NCBI RefSeq assembly: GCF_006345805.1
Contig: NC_043006.1
Coordinates: forward strand, 71,548,001-71,612,000
Origin: Octopus sinensis
Taxonomy: Eukaryota
Reading direction: 5' to 3'
DNA length: 64,000 bases
How positions within the stretch are numbered: position 1 is the first letter of the stretch; each line of letters begins with the position of its first letter. Positions 1-13,382 of this stretch are shown here, piece after piece. A program made the position numbers and the translations under genes. The notes below the pieces were generated by a model. It ran no database searches. It saw only the letters and a program-made list of their open reading frames with translations, and was not told the DNA's origin.

Positions 1-15
1 AATAAGAATAAAAGC

Positions 16-633
16 ATGCAGCCAATGGATCAGGGAATAATTGCTGTCTTCAAGAGATACTATATGAAGCATAGGCTGCAGCAAGCAATAGCTGCAACTG
101 ATCTTGATGAGTCCATCACACTTCATGACTTTTGGAAGAGATGCGATATCTACAAGGCTGTACAGAACATAGCAGCAGCATGGAATGATGTACAGAGCAT
201 GGCTATGAATGGTGTATGGAAGAAGTTATGCCCGCAATTCGTGAACGATTTTAAGGAGTTTAATAATGTTGCCATCAACAAGATGTTGGTGACTAAGAGC
301 AAAGAACTGGAAATGGATTTGGAGGAGGAGGATTTCATAGAATTATTTGAAAAAGACAAGATCCTAACAAACAAGGATTTGGTAGAGCTTCACGAGCAGC
401 AAAATAAAGAAGGAGAGGAAGTTGAACCTGAGCCACGTCACTTTACCATTAAGAAAATGCAGCAAGCATTTGCATATATCGAAAAAGGTCTTTCTATGTT
501 CAAGAACATGGATCCAAATGCTCAATGCTTTTCCAAGATTATAGGGACCTGTCACAAAGCTTTTGCTCCTTATAATGTAATCCTTGAGGAAAAGAAGACT
601 GATAGGTCAAGGAACTCTCAACTAGTTATTTAA
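16..633 (+). mobile_element. Tigger/pogo-family transposase, C-terminal part (DDE_1 end plus acidic tail); element truncated by the window edge
   Basis: 205-aa ORF begins QPMDQGIIAVFKRYY and continues with AW..V....NGVWKKLCP and an acidic DFIELFE segment, typical of pogo/Tigger (CENP-B-like) transposases. Confidence 0.85.
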
Positions 634-959
634 GTGCATCGAACAACAAGAACAGCCCAAGTCAGCTGTTGATGCTGACAATCCACAGCCATCTACATCC
701 GAGATGTAAGCCACCAAATTGTATGTACTGGTAAATTCAAAATAATTTAGTTTCTTTTTTTACTATTGAAAAATAATAATTACTGAATTTGTTTTTTAAG
801 CTTAAAAAAGGGTTTTATTTTACCATGTCTTATTGCAAACTGCATTCATAAATAAAGCATCCACGATGTGCAGTAAACACCACCAAATTGTATTCGTAAA
901 TTTAGATTACTTTGTGAGTGGATTTGGTAGACAGTAACTGAAAGAAGCCTGCCATATAT

Positions 960-1158
960 CATCATCATCATCGTTTAACGTCCGTTCTCCATGTTAGCAT
1001 GGGTTGGACGGTTCGACCGGGGATCTGGGAAGCCAGAAGGCTGCACCAGGCTTCAGTCTTATCTGGCAATGTTTCTACAGCTGGATGCCCTTCCTAACGC
1101 CAACCACTCCGTGAGTGTAGTGGGTGCTTTTTACGTGCCACCTGCACAGGTGCCAGGC

Positions 1159-1160
<2 letters not shown>
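960..1160 (-). mobile_element. Short RTE-LINE 3'-UTR copy with (GAT)n tail
   Basis: Reverse complement of the 3' end of the LINE at 22265-23346 (gtttctacagctggatgcccttcctaacgccaaccactcc; cat-repeat tail). Similar copies lie near 12247-12475, 30130-30270, 30275-30620, 47200-47470 and 49165-49350. Confidence 0.85.
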
Positions 1161-1257
<97 letters not shown>

Positions 1258-2193
1258 ACCATCTTTTGACAACCGATGCGGATGTGTTTAGGTCTCTGTA
1301 ACTTAGTGGTTCAGCAAAAGTGACCGATAGAATAAGCACTAGGCTTACAAAGAATAAGTCCTGGGGTCAATTTGTTCAGCTAAAGGTGGTGCTCCAGTAT
1401 GGCCGCAGTCAAAATGACTGAAACAAGTAAAAGAGAAAAAAAAACCCATGCAAAAAAGGAAATGTGGACAGTAAAATGATGAAGATTAAGATGATGACGA
1501 TGATATATAAAAGTGTTATCCTTAGCTGAATTTAGCTAAATACATCAGCAGAAGGGTTACATGTGGTATTCATCCAGATATAAAGTGTTGGGGGAAGAGG
1601 ATGTAATTTAGAAAAACACCAGATTTCTATCTATAAACCAACTTTCAGATTCACACACAACATAATTTTCTCATTTCTTCAATGAGGCATACAAAAGCAC
1701 TGAAGGAAACCAGACCAGACATAGTAATCTGAGCTACCAATGACATTACCTAAACTTGCTCAGCCACCTCCCTCAACATACTCCACTTAACTCTTTCCAA
1801 ACCAGCCCCCCTCAAGTGCACCTCTGCTTCTACCAGATGTTAGAGATATTTCTACTTTAATTAAAACCTTCCATCCTAATTTTATGCTACTGATGTTGTT
1901 ATTAAGCTCTAGGCAAGCCCTAATTGAACAGATCCAATGTGTTCCAGACATAACCATCCCATCAGTAATTTGAACCACATTGTCTATTGATTGCTATTTC
2001 TAGCACACAGAGAATTCCTAGTTGTCTCATAACAATTTTATGACACAACCTCTTGTTTAAGGTATGTTCTAAACATTGGCTTAATTGTAACCAAGTTATG
2101 TATTTTACAAATTATTTTCAAACATCATCGAAGCTCAAGTAATTGAAACAAAACGGATGGCCTTGTACCTGTGTTAGAAATCATTTATTATTA

Positions 2194-2410
2194 AGGCAGC
2201 GAGCTGGCAGAATCGCTGGCACGCCAGGTGAAATGCTTAGCAGTATTTCATCTGTCGCTTCTTTATGAGTTCAAATTCCGCCAAGGTAGATTTTGCCTTT
2301 CATCCTTTCAGGGCCGATAAATTAAGTAGCAGTCAAGTACTGGGATCGATGTAATTGACTTAATCTCTTCCCCAAAAATTTGAGGCCTTGTGCTTCTAGT
2401 AGAAAGGATT
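2194..2410 (+). mobile_element. tRNA-derived SINE, family 2 (aggcagcgagctggcagaatc head)
   Basis: A-box-like tggcagaatcg and B-box-like gagttcaaattcc, followed by gcctttcatcctttc...aagtaccag. More copies near 3072, 37470-37900, 38480-38680, 46783, 57045-57270, 58785, 60010 and 63020-64000. Confidence 0.8.
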
Positions 2411-2698
2411 ATTATTATTATTATTATCATTATTATTAACGCGGTGAGATGGCAGACTCGTTAGCAGAAAGGGTTGGTGGATTTACAGAATCATTAGTGT
2501 TCAACAAAATGCTTTGCAGTATTTGTTTTTGAATCTTTAGATTCTGCATTCAATTCCCGAGATCAACTTTGCCTTTTATCCCTCTGGAGTCCATAAAATA
2601 AAGTACCAATCTAGTACTGGGTTTCATGATATCAACTAACGCTCTCCCTTCAAAATTGCTGTCCTTATGTCACAGTTTGAAACCATTATTATTATTAT

Positions 2699-2737
<39 letters not shown>

Positions 2738-3701
2738 ACAGAGTGATGAAACTGTTCTGCATGCACTCATCCAGTGCCTGAGCATATCTGATATATGGGT
2801 TTATTTTATATCGAACACCTGCTGTCACATGTAGGATGTGTTCACTGTTGCCCTAGTGGTCATAGTGCTCATGGATTTTTCATGGGGCCTCCATGAGTAG
2901 CCCAGTGTTGCTTACCTCTTTTAGGCATTTTCTTTGTTATATTTTTCATTGTTATTAACTTTTTACACAACACTTTATGTAACCCCACTTTGTCCTTCAT
3001 GTTTTGTAATGTCCAATCTTATTTTTGTCGGCCCTTGTGGCTAATAAAGAAAGGATTATTATTATTATTATAGGCAGTGATCTAGCAGAATCATTAGCCA
3101 GACAAAATGTTTAGCAATATTTCTTTCAGCTATTTACATTATGAGTTCAAATTCCACCAAAGTCAACTTTGCCTTTCATCTTTTTAAAGTACCAGTCAAG
3201 TACTGGAGTCAATGTAATCGACTTGACCCCTCTCCCAAAATTGTTGGCCTTGTACCAAAATTTGAAATCATTTTTATTATTATTTAATGAGAAAAATATT
3301 GATCAATATACAGCTTCAGCTTATCTTAGTTAATGGCCATTAGAAAAAAAATGTAGGTAGAGAAGTTCCAGAGAGCTCTATTTTTGGAATGGATTAGATT
3401 TGGTTGGGGATTCATCAAGTAAGACAAACATGAAGAGAGGCAAGAGTATTTGAATAGTCTTGATGATGGTGGTATTCAGCTTGTTAGCTGAACAGAGCAG
3501 AAGTCATTGTAGTAGGTGTGGAAGAGAAATTGAAAAATACCAGCCCCCACCTCCCAGTAGTAGTGATACTTTTTATTAACGAGAAGACCGATTATACATT
3601 CCATCTATATAATTCTTCTTCTTCATTGTGTTGGACAAGTTTAAAACCATCTTAATTTATTAAATATGGCAATTTCCCTGCCCTCTTTTCCATCTTCACA
3701 G

Positions 3702-3775
3702 GCTCCACTGCAGTGGGTGGGGTGCCCTTACCGCCTCCCCATTACGAGAAACACCGACCTAGAGATTACATGTTG
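3702..3775 (+). CDS. Candidate orphan internal exon (xSTAVGGVPLPPPHYEKHRPRDYML), possibly dispanin/CD225 (PRRT-like)
   Basis: Long polypyrimidine acceptor (ttccctgccctcttttccatcttcacag), strong donor ttg|gtaagt and a 74-nt open frame in phase 1 to 0. PRDY resembles the motif before the first hydrophobic segment of PRRT2-like proteins. No partner exon found. Confidence 0.4.
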
Positions 3776-5260
3776 GTAAGTAAATATTTGCCAGTGTGGT
3801 GGTGGATGACCTTAATTTAGATGAGATCTCAAAAGAGATTGTGAATGTATAGGCAACAGCCCCTTCTCAGATAACTGTGGGTTACATATCAGCTATGTAA
3901 AGGGTCACCAACTTATTAAGTTGTTAGAGCTTCTATTATAGTAACCCAAGTTGTGGGTGCCCTAAGCACTAGCATAAAAGAGTTGGCCTTTAAATAAAGA
4001 CCTCCTCTATACCAGATAATGGAGTAAAGTAAGATGAGGAGAATCTAAACTATCAAAATAGAAAGATGAAGTAAAATACAAAATAAATAAAAACCTCCCT
4101 CCAAGGATATGTTAGGACTGTTTTAAATGTAGGAAGGAGGTAATGAGGTACATTGTCTTATCGGAAGTTACCATAGGAAATAGGTGCACTGCAAGACTAT
4201 CTTGAAAGAAGCTTACCCTCAAACCCAACCTATTCTATCACAGTGACGACACCCAACAGCGTCTTATGACAACTTTTGACCTTGTAATGCGACTTGCTTC
4301 AGAAAGAAAATTTATTTTGTTCAAGTAATCTTCCTGGCTCCATTTTAGCTTTCTTCAGAGTAAAAACAGCTGCTAATCATTTCATAAAACCCCCCAATAC
4401 ATATCATATAGTATATTTTACACATGGTGGATAGTGCTGTTTCTACATACACACAGCTAGATCACATCTAAAGACTGCCAAGATTCTCCCACACACACTC
4501 CAAAGGCACTGGCCTAAAATCAAGATGTTCCTCTCTTGTATTTGCAAATACTAACACATCTCTGTCTCCTTTTAATTAACTAACGTGCACCAATTATTGA
4601 CCCACAATCAAAGTGTGTCCTAACTTGGTCTTTTTCACTGCCCTCTAATGACCTCTGTTTCTTTGAACCTAACAACACTACACTTCACCCTACCCAAGCC
4701 CATGCAATGTACTTTTCCATTCCTCCTTATTTCACCACAGTTATTCATCTTCAAGAGGGCACCTCTTAACTAAGGACATTGACCTTTCCTGTTCAAGACA
4801 GTCTTAAAAAAAGACAAGGTGGTCACAGCTCAAGCAAGTTCAATCACAGGTCCACTTATGGGTTGGACTGTAGTTCAAAACAACATTAATACCCATACTA
4901 AATATACTGAACAAGCTATACTCTACAAAAGTGCATTCTTCTGAAACTCTTTTCAATATTTATTGTCCCCAAAACACATGTGACCCTTCAAATATTCTAC
5001 ATCACACACAACTCTTTTTCAATGCCCCACACTTATTCAATCCATTTCAATATTTTGTTATAGCTATTCCACAATATTAGTAGCAGTGAATAGCACAATC
5101 AAGAAATTATTTCGCAGTATTTACTAACATTCCTTTACATTCTGCATTCAAATCTTGCTGGGGTTGATCAAATATAGAACTGGCCAAATACTGTACCTTG
5201 CCACAAAAATGTGTGGCCTTATGCCAATGTTAAAAATAAACTATATCTATAATATTAGAC

Positions 5261-5312
<52 letters not shown>

Positions 5313-5349
5313 TTTGCATATCACTCAATGTACAACTGCGACTGGCGAG

Positions 5350-5580
5350 TTTAACTCTTTCAGTACCAACCTGGCTGAAACTGCCTCTGGCTCTGTAGTA
5401 CAAATGTCTTGCTTTCATAAGTTCTGAATTAAAATCTTCTACCAAACCTTAGCCACAATTCATGTTCCTAACACTAGCTTAACAATAACTAAGTTATTTT
5501 ACTAAATTCTTTGTTATATTTAAAATTAACTGAAAGAAACACAGAGCATCTCAAAATAAATATAGTAATGAAAGGGTTAG
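5350..5580. mobile_element. piggyBac-like MITE (TTAA-CCC...GGG-TTAA type ends)
   Basis: Ends ttaactctttc ... gaaagggtta; near-identical copies at 60422-60648 and 60662-60891. Confidence 0.7.
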
Positions 5581-7689
5581 AGCTCAACATAGAGTATCAT
5601 CATCCAGTCTACTTTCAGCTAAGGGGTATGATTATTACTGTACTGCAGAGGTTGCAAATAACCACAATGGTGAAACGTTTGTAGGGAACAAATAAGATAA
5701 ACTTGTGTACGTCATAATTTCTCTCGCTCTCTCTCTCACACACACACATATAGGATGTGATTTCATTGAGAGATTATATTGAGAGAAATATATAGAAGAA
5801 AACTGTCAACAAGATCCAAAAAAACATCCATTACAGTTCTTTAGCCATAAGCTAACCCTGTTTCAGTACAGTCATCATCATATGAAGCCCAGCCATAACC
5901 ACCTTCAGTTACTATATCCAATGCATCCATTTTTGTTGTTGTTTAGTCCAGATCCAGCATGAATTACAGCTGTGACAGTAGGTTGTTATTTCAGAGATTT
6001 GGCTGTTATTTTTGTAGGTTGAGTGACTATGTAAAGGCTCCCTGGTAACAAGTTGTAAAAACAGGTGTTCATTGACACATGACATCAACACCACCCAGCG
6101 GAACCATAGTGACTGCTACTTAAAGCACCAAAGCAAGGTTGGTGGTACTCAGTAACACCAGGGGCAGATGAGTCAGGATGGAGGGTGAAAAATAATCCAT
6201 TAAGGGATGGTAGATCAACAAGGGCAGGCAGTATGCTAATGAGGACATTGAAAAATTCCCAGCAAACATCTGTTTATTTGAAGAAACCAATTGTATTCAC
6301 CAACGACTTTTTCACACACCCAACTACACCACCACCACATCTCACACATAGCCTAGTTACACCAACCACCACTATATACCAAACCATCAACCACTGAAAG
6401 ATCATCTCCAATATAAGCTATATGGTTTATTACATTTACCAAGGAGCATTTCTATCTGGTGTGAGGTAGGGGATGATGTAGATATATATTAATAGTTATA
6501 TATAGGCATATTTACATCAATATTCTAAGCTCACACTATTTCTTGCATGTGTGAGAAAGCACAAACATATTTTCATGCATGTGTGTGTTTGTAGCCTGTG
6601 AGAATCCAAACAATAGCCACAGAGTGGAAACAATAAGGTTAAACATCAACTCCAATAAATTTTTTCATACAAACATATATACAAACACATGCACAGTATT
6701 TTAGAACATGGATAAAGATGCTCCTAAGATAAATCCAAGACTATCAGCAGTGGATATTCTTCAATAACTCTATAAAGAGTGCAGAATGGCTTAACCCTGA
6801 TAGAATAAGCTGAACACTATCAACCACTATTTAATCTCTGACAGTAGCAAGTAATGAGGTAATGCAATAAAGGAGATCAAAAAATATTTTAGTAAACATG
6901 GTACTTGTTTTGTTGATGAAAGACAAACCTTATGTTAAGACAAAATTATAATATGAATCTTAGCAAACATGCTACATCAGCATCATCATATAACACCTGT
7001 TTACCATATTGGCATGGGCTGGCTGGTTTGACAGGAGCTGGCAAGCCAGAGGGCTGTACCAAGCTCCACCATGGTTTTCATGCCCTCCCTAACACCTGAA
7101 AGATACTATCAGTGTTAATTTTTTTATTTCGTTTAAGACATTCACACTTAGCCCCACAGGAAAGAAATCAAACATTCTATTTAGTTATAAAACAACATAG
7201 TATAGATATAGTACAGACTGATAACAATATACAACAGTATAGTCAGAGTATCAACATAAGAGTGATGATATACTATCTAAGGACATTCCCTGCATGGAAA
7301 CCAAATAGTGAAGTCAGTGTTAATATACATAGCATAGTGAACCAAGACATTTTAATTCAAATTACACACTTAATAAGGAGAAAGAATTATCCTAATGATT
7401 GATTTTCATCATTAAAGGTAATGAAAACAACATTGGAATTTTAATTAAAATGTGGGCAATGCTCTGTGAAGTGATTCAGATCTTGACAGTACAGTGAGAA
7501 CTCCAGATATGTTTCAGCCTTATTGGACCTCTTCTGTGAAACAGAAACTATCAGTGTCACCAGACGAAGATCAACTGAGAATGAATGTATATATGCATGT
7601 ATGTCGTCAGCTCCAGCTCATATCTGAGCATTGGGTTCATCAATTTCCATCCAGTCTCTTTAGCTGATGTTTGTGCTGAATGTAACTTT

Positions 7690-7885
7690 GGAGTCCAAGT
7701 CGATGGCGAAAGAATCGTGGTCAAAATTCGCACAGGATGGTTGGTGCAGGTCAAGGATGTTAAAGATGCTCCTTTCTTCTCCTGCATTTTACTTTCACAT
7801 TCTGTTGTCTGCTCTGCTCAAAGGAATTGGCTCCATTGTGGATAGCAGTCCTCCAGGCTGTCCTACCCATGGCAATCTGTTCTCA
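7690..7885 (-). mobile_element. Decayed RTE-clade LINE ORF C-terminus
   Basis: Minus strand reads IAMGRTAWRTAIHNGANSFEQSRQQNVKVKCRRRK, then (frameshifted) CEF*PRFFRHRLGLQSYIQH. This matches the W..LA.DR..WR..I..G...FE motif and C2H2-like end of RTE ORFs. Confidence 0.7.
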
Positions 7886-9629
7886 TGAGGATGGCTGGAT
7901 GCATGTATGTAGGTTTGTATAGATGTATGTACGTTTGCATGTACATTTTTGTGTCTAAATAAAAACACTGAGGGGCTTGATAACTTGAACTAAATACTAG
8001 GGGTGGGAGGTTCACATTAACTTCACAAAATTGTTGAATACAGATACAGTGATAATAAAGCTGAGGTGCTGAACTATTTATTGAATAAGAACAAGAGCTC
8101 AAACCTTGCTATAGCCATTCTATTTTGCTACAGACCCTAACACCATACTTTCTTTATCTCCTATCTTTCTCTCTAGTTGACTGTAAAATAAGTGTCACTC
8201 CCTACATCACAGTTGAAGGTTTAGGCAATAGAAACAGGCAGACACCCAGCTGTGAAAACAATTGCTCCATATAATTCATGTGCAAATATCAAAATTGACA
8301 AAATACAAAACTAAATAGATATAAAACAAACCAACAAACTAACCCTCCTCCATCCTGCCTTGCTGCTGCTACCCCACCCACTCAGTCCACACAACAAAAT
8401 AGGATGTTAAACAGTTTTAAAATACATCTTTCTCTGGCTGACATCATTTGAAGGAGGGGGAGGGTGTTATTTAATTATTAGCATCTTTTTCTTTACCTAT
8501 ATACACTGGAATAAGTTTACAACACCCAATGATAATTTAGGCTATCTCTGAGAGCAAGGGCAGAGGGTAGGAAAGGAACAGTGGTAAAGGACCAAAAAAA
8601 ATGTGAAGGGAGCTACTAGGAATTTCTAACAGCAGAGAGAGAGAGAGATGAAGAATCACATGGTTACTGTCAGAAATAACTTGAGACGTCAAAGAATTGC
8701 TCTCTGGAACACAATACAAACAGCCAACCACCCACAACTAGAAACATCACAGATGGTTTGTTAGAAAATTCTAGCAAAATTTCAGAAAGAAAAATGCAGG
8801 CTCTATCATAAAGTTATTATTGTTTAGACCTAAGTCAGCCATGATCCAGCAGGCTCATATTACCAAAGACATTCCAGTTATGACCATCATGCTTTTTTGT
8901 ACATCAAGGATTACATTGTTCAATATTGCTGTCCTTTTAGAATATGATTTGAAGGAAATTTGGTTGCTATTGCTAGGAAATCAAGCAAACATAAGGAGGC
9001 TGCCTTACTAAATCAAGCTTTATCATCAGTGAATTGAAAGAATCAATAAAGATATTGATTAAATGCCTTGTGACAATGGTAAATTCCTTTTTGTTTTGAG
9101 TTCAAATCCAACTGAGGGTGACAATGCCTTTCATTCTTGGCAGATTGATAAAATAAGTACCAATCAAATATTGCGGTTGTTTTAATTGACATTATCATCA
9201 CCTTATATCAATTTAATATGATATTTTGATACATTCTCATTCTGCTGACATTGATTACCCCTTTCATCTTTCAAGGATTGATAAAATACTAGTTAAGAAC
9301 ATGTGTGACCTTGTGCCCACATTTATTGAGTGATACAACCAGGAGAGTTCCCTAACTCCACAGGACAAAAAGCTCCATTAGTATTTTAGATAAGGTTCTT
9401 TAGATTCTGAGTCCAAATCAGGCCAAGGTCAACTTTAATTTTCTCCATTCCAGAGATGGAGGTCAATAAAATCAGTAGCCTTCAATAGGAAAAACTGACA
9501 ATACCCTTCTCTGTCCCACAAAGTATTTGTAACCATATGCTTAGGTCAGCAATTATCATCATCAACATCACCAAGAAGGACCAACTTGTTTTCTATGAAG
9601 GACAAGGTTTCACTGAGATAAGAGAAGTG

Positions 9630-9910
9630 ACTTGTTTAGCCCCATATCAGCCCTGCACCAGCAGGACAATGATCAAAGCTGTTATTTAGCCCCTCATCAG
9701 CCATAAAAGAGCAAACCTATGATCAAAGTCTTTGTTAACCCATATCAGCAGACCTTCATTGTTTAGCAATATATTAGCCCTGGTCTAGTAGGAATAAAGC
9801 TTTGCTGTGTAATCCAATGTTAACCATGGATCAACAAGTTTATGATCAAAGTTGTTATTGTCTAGCACCATGTCAGCCCAGATCTGCCAAACAGGACTGT
9901 GATCAACAAC
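9630..9910. repeat. Decayed tandem ~50-bp units of an abundant interspersed repeat (gtttagcccc..tcagccc..tatgatcaaag)
   Basis: The motif recurs about five times here. Single copies of the same family lie near 8820, 18750, 36120, 40800, 42690, 53490, 55040, 55670 and 61240. Confidence 0.55.
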
Positions 9911-11204
9911 TTTTCCATCTTTTCAAATCATTTATCAGAGATATTATCTAATAATGTCCTTTTTAATGTCAGTAGAGTATGATCTAAGAAATCTGATTAT
10001 CATTTCTAGCAGGTTGAACAACCACACTAATGTCCTCTCATTGGCTCATAGCATGAGAAAATATGTGACAAAGACTGAGCAGATGATAACAAGAACAGCA
10101 GATAATGAAGACAAATAGGAAAATGAAGAGGAGAGGAAAGAAAAGGGGGACAAAAGTTGCAGATAAAAAAATGAGGGAGGAACAGAAGTTATAGCAGGCA
10201 GCTCCTCAGAAAACTACTATGTCTGCTTAGCCCAAGTCTACATGTGTCTAGCTACCTAGCTTCAATGAGATGCCAAGGAACCAGAGACAACTAAAGGCTG
10301 AGAAATGGTAATGGGAATACAGTTTGCATTAGACACTACTTTAAAAACAAACATTGTTCTTTTAAACTAGGTTTTTGACAAAACAATTTAGTTTTTTTTT
10401 TAAATGTCAGACATGAATTCATACATACACCCACACGTTTGCATACAAAAACAAGCATGTGTGTGAATTTGTGTGTGCATGCATGTGGGTGTGTTTGTGT
10501 GTGTATGTATATATATTAGTATATGCAAACAACAGGTTTGATAATACAAACAGAAAAACAGAACTTAAAACATGAGTTGTCTTTTATCTTTTTGTTGTTT
10601 CAGTCAGACTGTAGCCATACTGGGGCACAGCCTTGAAGAATTTTAGTTGAAGAAATCAACCCCAGTATTTAAAAAAAAAAACCTGGTACTTATTTTATCA
10701 AGTTTTTTTTGCCTATAGCAAAGTTTTGGGGTGTAAACACACCAACACTGGCTGTCCAGTGGTGGTGGGAACAAACACACACACTATATATATATATATA
10801 TATATATAAAAACAACAGGTTTTTGTTGGTTTCCATCTATCAAATTCCACAAGGCTCTGGGCCCGAAGCTATAGAAGATACTTGCCCAAGCTGCCATGCA
10901 ATGGGGCTGAACCCAAACCATTTGGTTGGGAAACAAATTTTCTTACCATACAGCTATGCATTGGGTAAATTATCTCCATTTTATATTTTTTATTTCATGC
11001 ATGTGCATTGTTGGTTTTTGATTTTGTCTACTACACAGTATAGTAGGGTCAGTTGGGCATCGTCTATGAGGAAAACAGCACCTTGACGCAATTCACTCTG
11101 CCAGAAATTTGGAAACGACATGCTGTCCTGCTTGACATTCACACCAGAAGTTCCAATACCAACATTTCAGAGTGTTTGGGTGTCATTCTGAGGACAGTGC
11201 AATA

Positions 11205-11335
11205 TGAGGACATGTGTACCGAGAGTGATTAAAAAACAAACATCTAGCCAACATCATGATGCTTGGAGAGATCACTAGTAATGGCAACATTATCACTCCA
11301 TTCATCTTCCTCCACGGACTCAGACACAACAGTCT
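11205..11335 (+). mobile_element. maT/DD37D-like (Tc1-mariner superfamily) transposase remnant
   Basis: Reads VPRVIK/NKHLANIMMLGEITSNGNIITPFIFLHGLRHN, resembling the VP.VMKTKFPA.VMVFG.VSS.G.VMPP.F motif of maT-like transposases. Confidence 0.6.
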
Positions 11336-11611
11336 CAGCAGTAGTAACAGGACCGCCACATTGCGTTGACAAATATACGACACTACAGTACTACATATTT
11401 CTCACTCTGAGATTTAAAACTAATTGTTTTTCTCTTTACAAGATCAGCGACTATGTGTTGCTTTAGAAGTATATACTATGAGCAAGAGTGAGAGGCTGCC
11501 ATTTCTAGCTGGTGGTTGTCCTATACCAATGAAGGGAAATTACCCAGAAACCATTGGTCTACAGGTATCACTACAGCTAGAAAGGGAGCAGTGGACTCCC
11601 TTGGTCACAGT

Positions 11612-11692
<81 letters not shown>

Positions 11693-12479
11693 GCTCATCT
11701 TTAAAACAGGAGTAACAGAGAGACTCTGGTTTCAAATTAGATAGACTACATTTATAAAGAACCAACTTAAATGATAAATACTTACCATTTAAACTGATCT
11801 TTATAAATAAATACCCCAAATTTTAAACTACCTTGATAAGTGCCAATGCAACAAAACTCCCAGCCCTTGAGTTACTTTGTAACTTCTGCCAATTAAAATA
11901 AAAAACGTGCAAACTATGGGCACACAAGAGGTACAGTAAAATCATGAACAGAGAACAGGTTAACTGGACATATACAGGAACAATAGTAACTTATAGTACG
12001 TGAGAAGGGGTGCATAGGTCCTCTCAAATACCTGTCACACCAACCCTGCTAACATCTGTATCCCGATAAAAGCACCAGCAACTCTGTAAAGTGGTTTGTG
12101 TTAGGAATGGCACACAGCCATAGAAACCATATGAAAGCAAAATGGCATTCACCAACGTGTTGAATCTTGTTGAACTCTTCAACCCATATTAGCACAGACA
12201 GCAGAATTTGATGATATATCAGTTATACACACACACACATATATATCATCATCATCATCATCGTTTAACGTCCGTTTTCCGCGCTAGCACGGGTTGGACG
12301 GTTTCGACCGGGGTCTGGGGAGCTAGGGACTGCCCCAGGCTCCAGTCTAGTCTGGCAGTGTTTCTACAGCTGGATGCCCTTCCTAACGCCAACCACTCCG
12401 CGAGTGTAGTGGGTGTTTTTTACGTGCCACCTGCACAGGTGCCAGAGGGGTCTGGCATCGGCCACGTTCGGATAGTGCT

Positions 12480-12527
<48 letters not shown>

Positions 12528-13097
12528 TATAATCAACTGGCCCCTCCCCACAAAAATTCAGGCCTTTTCCCAATAGTACAAAGAATTATTATTTTAATTA
12601 TTACTAATGGAAATAACTTTACTGAAAGGTTTCAAATTGAAATGTGTTTTTATTTATCCTCTACTTGTCCCAGTTATTGGATTGTGGCCATGCTGGGGCA
12701 TCACAGTAAAGAGCTTCAGTTAAAGAAATCAACCTAGTATTTATATATATATTTTAAGTTTGGTACTTATTCTATCAGTTGCTTTTGCTGAACTGCTAAG
12801 TTAAGGGGATATAAATAAAGCAACACCAGTTGTCAAGCAGTGGTGGGAAGAACAGACATAAAGACACACAGACACATACATACATACATACAGATATACA
12901 TACACATGACAAACTTCCACAGTTTCCACCTATCAAATTCACTCGCAGAGCATTGGTTAGCCCAGGGTTATAGAAGAATACACCTGCCCAGGGTGCAGCA
13001 CAGTGGAACTGAACTCAAAACCTTATGTTTGCATCTCTGCACCTAACTCCACAAACATGCTTGTGTCTGTTACACTAAAGAAAAACAAAGAACGTAA

Positions 13098-13382
13098 GTG
13101 ATGATGATGATGATGGAAATTGTAATGGTTGTGACAGTGAAGATGAATGTAATGATAATGTTAGCAATGGTGGAGGTGGTTGTCATGGTGGTGGTAGTTA
13201 GAGATGGTAATAATAGTGTTGGTGATGGTAGAGATGGTGATGAATGTAGTAGTAATAGTAGTAGTGATGGTGGTAACTGATAGTATTATGGCACTGATGT
13301 GATGATGATGAGGATATTGGTGGTAGTGGTGATGACATGATGGTGATGGTGAAGAAGACGACAATGATGACGATGACGATGA
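13098..13382. repeat. Degenerate (GAT/GGT/AGT)n trinucleotide tract
   Basis: Direct reading; it produces the spurious Met/Val and His/Thr ORFs. Confidence 0.9.
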
